A stretch of 10,278 nucleotides of DNA from Thermodesulfobacteriota bacterium (lineage in GTDB: Bacteria > Desulfobacterota_D > UBA1144 > Nemesobacterales > JAJCZQ01). Location: the NCBI GenBank assembly GCA_965203965.1, contig CBDBDR010000011.1, positions 1 to 10,278 of the forward strand. Direction: 5' to 3'. A model generated the notes under the pieces. That model was not told the origin of the DNA. It saw only the letters and a list, made by a program, of their open reading frames with translations, and searched no databases. Of this stretch, positions 1-9,300 are shown in pieces (the stretch's first letter is position 1; each line of letters begins with the position of its first letter). Made by a program: the position numbers and the translations under genes.

Positions 1-84
1 AGCATAAACCTGAATACTACAGTGTGTATAGCAACATAATAGATGCACATCATGTACAACAATGTACAATTAATCGATACCAAC

Positions 85-336
85 CAGTTTCCAAGCATCA
101 TTTTGTGATTTCCATTCCTCATTACCAGTGCTAGCTGTGCTGCCGGTCTGCTCAGCAACATGTTCTGCAATGCTGTTCATTTTGGTTGGTGCAGTGAATT
201 TGACAAGCTTTTTTAATCGACTGATTTCATCTTTACGACGGTGATACGTGATGTGAAAAGCAACAACAATCTCTGAAAAAGTGCATGGAGTTTGAATGAG
301 GTGATGGACATCTGGCTCCAATGTAGCAAGAACAAT
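85..336 (-). CDS. RNF213: RNF213-like exon IVLATLEPD...DAWKL (3' edge 85 or 81)
   Basis: TTGCAG acceptor; overlaps ORF 70..351; donor ambiguous (GTTGGT or GTATCG). Confidence 0.72.
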
Positions 337-3300
337 CTGCAATTTAAACACTTATAAATCTATTCTTTATTATTATAATAATAATTATACCTGTGTTTCA
401 TTTTCTCTTAAACTTTCATGTTTTAACAATGATGGCAAAGTAGCATTTATCAAATCTGTTATGTATCGTCGGCCCATTGAAACATGGTGCTCCTCTTTAA
501 TAGTGTTCAGAAGTTTGCATAAACAAGTCAGATTATCCTTCATGTCATAAACAAGATCCTTGAAGAGGACCGCTGATTCGGTTTCTACAAAAGGAGTTTA
601 ATGCATAGTATCAATGGTTTCTGACACTCACCAAAATTGGATAGCTTTAGCCTCCATCGAGTTTCCAAAGAATCTTGGAAAAAAACAGAAAAGGGAAAAG
701 AACACACAAATGAAATCTGATAGAGGTCAAATCTGTTTTCTATGGTGGCAAAATGTTGCTGTTTTACGACATCAGAAATGATTTTGTGTTTAAATGCTTC
801 TATCCAGAAACAAGTAACAGGTTCATTACTGCACAAAAGAAGTTCCAGATTGTAGTTAGTATCAATGGCTGCAATAATACCAGAAAGAACACCTGCTGTT
901 TCACTTTCAAGTCGCCTCAGAATAACATTCATGAATGCTCCTCCATGTTGAAGATGTAATGAATTGGTAGCCTCTTCAACAATCCAATTCCTCATTTTAT
1001 TGTCAGCTTCTTCCTTTTTCTTAAGGATGGAATGTATGTAGTCAACCAATACTTCATAAAAGTCTGAGAAAAAATGAATTAATTATAATGCAAACAGTAC
1101 ACATAATAATTATGCATACCCTTATTGAATTCATTCCGTAATAATGTTAGCAAAACTAAATTAAGTTGTTTCATTCTCTCAGCTGTTATACCAATTGGCA
1201 AATGGGCAGCTTTTTCTACGGCTTGCTGTATATGGACATATAGCTTTAAATTAGCCTGTTCCTTTCGTTCAAAATGTTGTGCTGTTGACAGGCTTGTGTC
1301 ACAAAGAGGTGGTTCAATGTAAATCTTACGGAACAGTTCACTGAGTAGCTTTTTATGTTCATCAAAGGCAAGAGAGACAGGTGAAAATGGCTGCACAGGA
1401 AAAAAGTCATCAATATGAGTGCATATCCATTCACCACCATGAAAGCAAACAAAAGATGACTTGCTGTTGCCATGCTTTCTTGGTAGGTACACTGTAAATA
1501 AAACGTGGAAGTGCCCTTTTGCTCTTTTTGATGGCTGTGATGATTGCTCTTCAAGTAAAGGAGATTTTGGCGGATCGAGCCTAGCAGATTCCTCTTGAAT
1601 GATGTCTTCAAGGCGATATTTTGCACAGGCTAACAAATCACCATTTAAGTGACCAGAACCACACTGGACTATGAGAAGTACATCTTCCTGATCATGATCA
1701 AATTTTTGATATTCCTCTCTGGTAAAATTAAAAAAATATTACAATGAGTAATGAGTATTAATTATTATTTACCTAACTTTTGTCGTATAACTAAACTCGG
1801 TATCAAATTGTTGAAGAGAACACAAAACAACACGAGATTGAAGATTCTCTTCAAGCTCGTCAATCTTTCCCTCTGAAACCAACTGATTATGTGTTGTAGC
1901 CTGTGCATAACATTAATTAATTAGAAGTACAAACACATGTTAAAAATCTTGCCTGCATAAGGACACCTTGCTTGGTAAATGTAGTCTTGGAAATATGGTA
2001 CTGCACAAAATCTTCCAAAGACATATGATGCTGCCTCTCCATATAGATCTTACACAACTTAGTGTGTTCTTCCACTAAAGGGGTGTTTATAAGACGAATC
2101 AATGCATCTGGAGATGCCATCTCAAGCAAAAGAGATTTGCACGACTCAAAAACCTACAAAGAGAAATTGAATAGCAGTGGTACTATAGAACAATAAAAAA
2201 TATATGGTGCAAGTTCACAAAATATCTATGATCATGTTGAGCTGAGCAGATATTACTCCTTTGGTGAGACACAACCATAAGCTAATTATTTTTATCAAGC
2301 AATTTTGCCCCAAGACTCAGACAAGTTTCACCAAAAGTTCGATTCAAGAGCAGCAAACAATGATTATAATTATGGCTTTTCTAAATAATAGTTAGACAGT
2401 GCATCCGAGGATCTACGCGATTTAGAAGCCCGAGAGCCGTTGCTATATAGCGTCCGAGCGTAGCGAGGACGCTATGGCAACGGCGTGAGGGCTTCTAAAT
2501 CGCGTAGATCCGATTGGATGCACTGTCCAACTGGTTTAGACTATAGCAACAGCGAACAGAAACGACGCAAGCCAGTCGAAATCAAACGAGCAAAGCAACG
2601 ACTCTCTTTTTGTCCCGTCTTTGTTGACGGCGATATTCCTTGGATACCCGTGGGCAGAACCATGAATAGGCTCCAGAGCAGTGCAAAGAAGAACGCCGTC
2701 GAAGTTTTAACTGAAGACTTGCTATGGGCTAAAGGTTTGCTAGGAGGTGAAACACCGAAGATGCTATTGGACACTGTAGTTTTCTACAATGGTCTGTACT
2801 TCGCACTACGCAGTGGGAGAGAGCATCGCCTATTGAGACATTCACCTTGCCAAGTTGAGGTGGTCGAAAAGCCAGGTGAGCGACCTTATCTACTCTACCA
2901 CAAAGACCGTGACACATCCAGGAACCATCCTAGTGGTCTACAGGGATGCAAAACTATGCCTAAGGTTGTTATTCGCTACTCTAACACACAGAACCCCGAG
3001 AGATGCTTCGTCGCTCTATTTAAAAAGTATAGACAACTTTGCCCTGACAATCCAGTGGACCGGCAACGCATTCTACCTGCAACCATCGCTTTCTCCAACT
3101 GAGACCTGCTGGTACACACGGAAACCAATGGGTCACGCCTCGCTCAGTAGTACAGTGGCTCGACTGTGCAAACAAGTTGGTTCCGACGACTAACCAGACT
3201 CAAGAGAGACTCACCAGAGATCTACCATAGCTAACTTTATTGATTATTCAGTATATTTTTGTGCATTAATCGTAATCTATTGTTTTAGCACCATGTGGCG

Positions 3301-6300
3301 GGATTACATTACGGAGTGGCGGGATTACATTATGGGTGGAGGGATTACATTACGAGATTTAGATCCAAGCAACTAGACAATCTGATTGGCTAATACCACT
3401 AAGCTATAGTCTAAGTCACAAGTTGACTTAGTTTATTTTACTGCTGAGTATAATGATTAAGAAAACATGAATAACATTTTGTCCAGTATTCACCGTCAGC
3501 ATCGAAATAATTTTTATTTTTCCACACATAATTTTTCTGTTAGCTATTATGTCTATTCACCTCTTTCTCCCACTCCTTTGATGTTGGATCCATCAGCTGA
3601 TTTGCAGATAAACTTTTTGAAGCAGTAAATACAATTGCTGAAGGTGTATCAGACTGAAATCCTACAAATGAATCAGAAGGCTGAAACCTACGTACATGAA
3701 ATGTGTATTCATTGATTGTATGGCAATTTCCACATACTCATAGTTAGGCACGCTGTTAAATTCTTCAATCCATCTTTTGATCAAAATTAAAACCTTCTTT
3801 TGTCTTTCATTCAGCACTGTTGATGTGTCCACTATATGTTTCTCAAGACGGTTAATAAGTGGAGTTGGGAATCGATCATAGACTTCCTTTTTCTCAGCAA
3901 TAATAATCAATCTATTGAATGCTGATTTAAAATCATACAATATACAATATTTAACGGACTTAAAGTCATTGTGAACACGGCACTTGATTCGATGTGTTTG
4001 CAGTCCAAGATCTACAAATCGTGTATCAGCTCCATACTCACGATAATACTGTAAATAAATTTGATTGGATTTATAATTGTATGCATGCATACACACATAC
4101 CTGGTTTAGCACATCATAAAGACTTTCATATTCTTCATACAGGTTCAGTAAAATGACTGTTCTTCCTGTTTCCATACAAATTTTAATTGTGTTGATGTTT
4201 CTGTACACCTAGGATATTGCAAATAATTATAGTTATACTGAGCTATATACAGCAATTCCTTCAGCACCTGAGTTATCTGTCTATCTTTAGAAAAACTGCT
4301 TCCAAATATAATCAAAGGTGGTTGCTGGTCTACAGTTACTGTAGCACCAGATTTGCTAGGAAGCTCATGAGACTGCTGATAGTTAACTTCAAAAAAGTGT
4401 TGTAATGTTTGAAGTGCTGCATAGCTCTCAGTCAAAAATAACAGGTACCGATTTTGACTAGAAATACAAGAAGACATGTACATGGACATGTAACTTGTAC
4501 TTACCCATGATATGATCGCTCTTTATTTGCTAAGCTAGCTTTTATCAATCCTGCTGGACTGCAATCAGGCTCAATAAGTGGCCATATCTGTACAATTAGA
4601 CATTATTTTTTATTACAAATTACAGCAATAATTATTATACCTTTTCTTCGAATTTTTGGTCCAAGTAACTTTCAAACTCAGTTTGAACTTTTTCATTACA
4701 AAATTGACCCCTCACCAGTTGATCGTGAAATAAGTGCAACAATTCATTTTCACTTTTCTTATTTTCATTCAGTTGTAGAAACTTTTCCTTCAATAATTTA
4801 CAAGCATTTTCATCATTTTTGAATGCATCACAAAGCTTTCCTCTCCATTCTTCTATTTTGACATGTTTATCAGGGACAGAAGGAAAATTAGTCAATTGTG
4901 ATTGCTCAAACACTTTCCATGGATCAAACCCATCATATCCACTAAAGTTCCGCAGTATCACATGCTTAATTTGTGCCTTATTAGGAACACATTCAGCCTC
5001 TTTACATAACCAGTACAGCATTTTGATCAAACTACAATAATAAAATTAATGAAATAAATTTTACTGCAAAACTTTCTAACCTGTAAAAGTCTCTCAAGCC
5101 AAAAAACTCTTTTCTGATCTCTCCAGCTTCACCATTTTGTTTGTTAATAATTTCCAAGTATAAACTAGCAAAATATTTGAAGCATGGTTCCAGCCATTCA
5201 GCTACTTTATCACCAGAGCAAATTTCCCTGTTTAAGTTAAATTATTGCATAAAAATATTATTGTCAAAAATAAATCATTACTTGGCACTTTCAAATAGCT
5301 CATCTTCCTGAGGATCACATCTAGTCACCATGATACCACGATTCATCTTGGCTGGATCTAGAGCCCAATTAGATATTCCAATAAACGCGACTCTGTCTTC
5401 ACGATCAACAACCTACAAAATAATTATAGTACATGATATCCATTGAAGCTGCATAAAATTAATTATGCCACGCGGTAGACGTGGCATATTTAGGGCTGGG
5501 CAGAAAACAAGATGGCGGCTACACATAGGCTAACGCAATAATTCATGTATATCTTGGCTATTGACGACATCAGTGGTATTTATTAGGGAGGCACGGTAGT
5601 GACTCCCTATGTAGGGATGAACGAGAAAACAAGATGGCGGCTACATACAATGTATTAGTGTTCAAACGCAGATATTTCGCCTGGTGATGAATTTTATACG
5701 TCCATAGACACTCAAATCTGCTATCTGGCGTTGCCCCATCTTACAGTAGCAAGGAGATTGCTCGAAATTGTTACTAAAGTGACGAACCTGGAAACGGTGA
5801 AAATCGAGTTTCGTCATCTTCGTTTTCTTTCTTTCTTTCTTTCTTCCACTCGCCTAGCACCTTTACGTGAGCAGTGCCGAGACCAAAACACCCACGAACA
5901 GTCGTGAAATTCTCCTGGCATGTGCCTTTTGAACTTTGTTTTTAGCGTAACGGCGATATAAATTCAGCGATTTCTCGATCGTGATCTATTGTCAGCTTAG
6001 TGTTAGACGCCATTATTGTGATTGCGCAATACGCACGTGACCAAGCAGTGGCTAGCGCACGTGACCAAGCAGTTAGAGTATCGCCGCGCCGTATGGATCA
6101 ATATCACGGTGAACACATACCTGGCATTTGTCTGGAGTCTTCGAAGAACGGTAAGCTCGTGTAGGATCGCCATTCTGCGCTTGCCAGATAATTATAACCG
6201 CCATATGTCTACAAACAAGGGTGGGCTGGGCTCGTATGCAATGCATGCATGCGTAGGCGACTAGGCAGAGCTGATTTGTCAATTTTAGCTACAAGTTTAA

Positions 6301-9300
6301 GAAAAGCCATCAACAACAGCAATACTAAACTAATGGTGGAAACAAAGACTTCTGAATACATGCATGATATTGAACTGCACTTCACTGAAAAAGAAAAAAG
6401 GACACAAACAAGTAAATTAAAAAGATTTCTATTGAAATCAAAAGGATGTAGTGATGAAGAAATCTACCACTGGTTCACAGTGTAAACCAACAAGGAACAA
6501 GCATGGAATGGTAACACGATTGACTTGCTAACAGACCATAGATCCCTACATCAGTGGCTGTACATAAGACTATGATCAATATTTTGTCACAAACAGCTGA
6601 ATTCAATTCAATGCACGTCAGGTGTCAGTCAACAGTAACTAGCTGAACTAGCTATGTCAGGCCACAGCAGCCACTGATGTAGGGATCTATGGTCTGTTAG
6701 CAAGTCAATCGTGTTACCATTCCATGCTTGTTCCTTTTTGGTTTACATTGTGAACCAGTGGTAGATTTCTTCATCACTACATCCTTTTGATTTCGATAGA
6801 AATCTTTTTAATTTACTTTATTATTATTTGCTGTACATGTAGTTATTATTATGCATGAAAGTGCCATGCAATCACTTATAATTATTATGCTATGGGATAT
6901 GAAATTAAATTATTATTAATGATTGGAGAATTGCCAACTAAGTATACTTATACTACAGCTCAATGTAATTCTAGAATCTGATTGGTCAGTTGGAGGAAAA
7001 TAGATCACATATTCTTCCGCGGGAACTCGATTGGAACTCGTCAGTGTTTTCCTCTGGCATGAGTTTCTTTTGTATACATTCAGTCTACTGTCTTATGTTC
7101 AGATTTATAGCACAGGTACTAGCTTTGGTAGTTACTGGTTGTGCGTTCGCTTCTTGGTATGGGCAGTGTCTATAGGCCAGGGTACTTGGCTACGATTGAC
7201 TTGTTGTGCATGAAAAGCGTAAGAAAGCAAGAAACTCACAGCATTTTGCTATGTTAACAGCTCAAAGCTTGCCTAATAAATGCACACAGCACGTACAAAA
7301 GACTATCATTCTAACTATTCGTTGGAGTCACAAGGTCAGCCATTGCAACGTGGAACGCAAAGTGGCGTTTGTGGGTGTGGCAGCTGGTCACAGTGCGTGT
7401 TTTCGAGCAAGAAGAAACGCTCGTGCTGCAGGAAATTGTCGCTTTGGGACGGTCATGAACCATTGTTATTCAAAAATATCTGTGTCGGTTTATTGTTGCC
7501 ATGTAGCTGTAGTATAAATACCTTAGACTACAAATCATCGGCAACTACGGGATTTAGAGCACCTTGGCAACTGAAATAGACGCCCTCGCGCTATGCGCTC
7601 GGGTTGTCTATACATCGGTTCCCGCGGTACTCTACACCCTGTAGTTGCTTCGATCCGTCGTCTAACCTATACGTATAAACTAAAAAAGATGAATAAAAAG
7701 GATGTAAAGACAGCTGATAAGCAATCTTTAATTCTGAATGAAATGAGCAATGAAGAAATCTACCACTGGAGAGGTAACACGGAATGATACACAATTAACT
7801 GCGCTACTGTAGGGTTGGGGCAATGCCAGATAATTTTTGAAGTAAGTATATCTTTGGTCACGTACAGTACCGTTCACGAGTAAGTGTACTCAAACCCGCG
7901 GGCTAACCGCGCGTAACTCGGGGGTGCCCGCGGGTTCGTGAACATGTACCCGCTGCCCGTACCACACTAACCCGCGGCCCTCATGCAGCCTTGCATGCAC
8001 TCGCGCCCCGCTAGATAGCTAGGCAGACTCACGTTGTCGTTGTGCGACCTGCGCGAGCATATACAGTGCTCGCACGTATCCGCACCAGCGCGTGATGCAC
8101 TCTGTATTTGCATCTACCCGCGGTTAATGATATACGGTTCCGCGGGCAAGACAAAATTACCCCCGGGTTGCCTGCGAGTCTCCCGCGGGTGTTGGTCCAC
8201 TTACTCGTGAGCGGTACTGTACATTATTTTTACCACCTGGTGAAATACTACTACATGGCATTGCAGCTTCATTTTTCCGCCTATCCCATGCAAACTTACA
8301 TCGACGGAATAGTTGCTTCCTTCAGTTCCATCTTCTAACCAAGGATGAAGGACCTTTAGTGGTAGACCAGGTGAGTCCTCAGCAAGTCCTACTTCATCAA
8401 GTACAACAACAGACACAAATTTGTTTCTGTCTATTTTTCTTTGTATTGCAATAGCTTGTTCAAAAACATTTGAAATACTTTCAGAAGTTGATAGTTGACT
8501 GCACTGATATGAAAACATTTGAATCTACAATAAAAGAACATTGATTATTAATTTTGATAGGACTATATTAATATAGTTAGCATCACCTCTTTAAAATTTT
8601 GCAAAAATCCACTTCCCGTCATCGAATCATTAACAATTTTTTTAGCAAGTGATTTAGAAGTTCCCGGTTTGCCAATAAGGAATAGTGGTATCTTCACATT
8701 TGCACAAACCACCATCATCATGACATTCTCACAAAGTGCTCTGTTGTGTGCAATATTCTGTCCAACTTCTCGCATGTTGTTTAAAAATACTTCCTGGCAG
8801 CTTTAAAAATAGGAAGTACCCATTACAAGTGATCGCATATGTTGCTGCTTTGTTCTTACCGAAGAACATGGTCGACAAAATGTTCTGGTGTAATTCGACA
8901 CAATGGATATTCAAAAACAGGTGAGACAGCAGCTACAAAATCGTCCCGCTTAGCTCGTTCTTGAAGTCTTGCATAGTAGCAAACTGACAGAGCCAAAAGA
9001 ACTGCTCTTGTTGTTTTACACTATATATATCATAAATACAAACACAATACTATTGTTCAACCAATTACCGTTATAAAAGTTGAATTCTTGAATAACTTCC
9101 TCATTTCAGATTCAATCACGTCTGATTTTTCAATGAAGAACTTGAAGACAATCATTGTTCTATCCACATCACGCAGACTCACATAGCTGCATTCATCCTA
9201 TGAAGATGATACATGATTAAGTTGATTGGTGTATAACACATAATGCAAAAAGCTGACCTTTGTATTTCTCATAAAATCTTGTGATGCATTCAGAATACTA

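Larger units (their letters stand above)
2380..3414 (+). mobile_element. Crypton-like (DUF3504 tyrosine recombinase) DNA transposon, internally deleted, intronic
   Basis: TCTAA direct repeats at 2380-2384 and 3410-3414; 5' hairpin 2390-2532; 12-bp inverted repeat 2536-2547/3403-3414; recombinase remnant inside; GC/CpG-richer than flanks. Confidence 0.75.
5444..8271. mobile_element. Outer non-autonomous element (Helentron/HINE-like) hosting nested insertions
   Basis: 5' hairpin TATGCCACG-CGGTAGA-CGTGGCATA (5464-5488). ATGCCACGCGGTAG (5465-5478) is inverted as CTACTACATGGCAT (8248-8261, 3 CpG-type mismatches). TGAAGCTGCA 5444-5453 / TGCAGCTTCA 8262-8271. (TTTC)n tract near 5823-5846. Confidence 0.5.

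Noticed and set aside
1..16. Start of a further exon
   Set aside because: Likely, but there are two candidate acceptors (at 10 and 17) and too little sequence to choose, so it is not annotated.
753..1322. Plus-strand ORFs 753..959 and 1125..1322, alternative-frame ORF 1246..1626, and likewise 4217..4405, 4819..5040, 8729..8914, 8736..8924
   Set aside because: Antisense or off-frame shadows of RNF213-like exons with no recognisable motifs.
2390..2532. Hairpins (also 7523-7665) as pre-miRNA or tRNA
   Set aside because: No cloverleaf or Pol III boxes. Their position at element termini, with coupled end-complementary repeats, explains them better. Small-RNA production is not excluded.
2485..3102. 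205-aa ORF as an intact nested gene (ZMYM/QRICH1-like)
   Set aside because: It starts at a non-ATG codon inside the hairpin, is frameshifted, lacks the catalytic C-terminus and lies within element ends, so it is better read as a transposon remnant.
3295..3355. Possible CRISPR-like array
   Set aside because: Contiguous tandem units without unique spacers, in a spliceosomal intron, with no cas genes.
3662..3663. Acceptor TTGTAG at 3662 for the exon ending at 3561
   Set aside because: It gives an immediate in-frame stop after the phase-2 donor; the acceptor at 3688 keeps the frame and the FVGF motif.
6022..7794. Short ORFs (60-103 aa) in the long intron
   Set aside because: No homology that I can recognise; several cross repeat boundaries. 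The shared peptide EEIYHW only reflects the repeated 20-mer.
6182..7835. 12-bp direct repeat TGCCAGATAATT (6182-6193 and 7824-7835) as a TSD
   Set aside because: No terminal structure adjacent to either copy, and a 12-mer match is plausible by chance in a 3-kb AT-rich intron.
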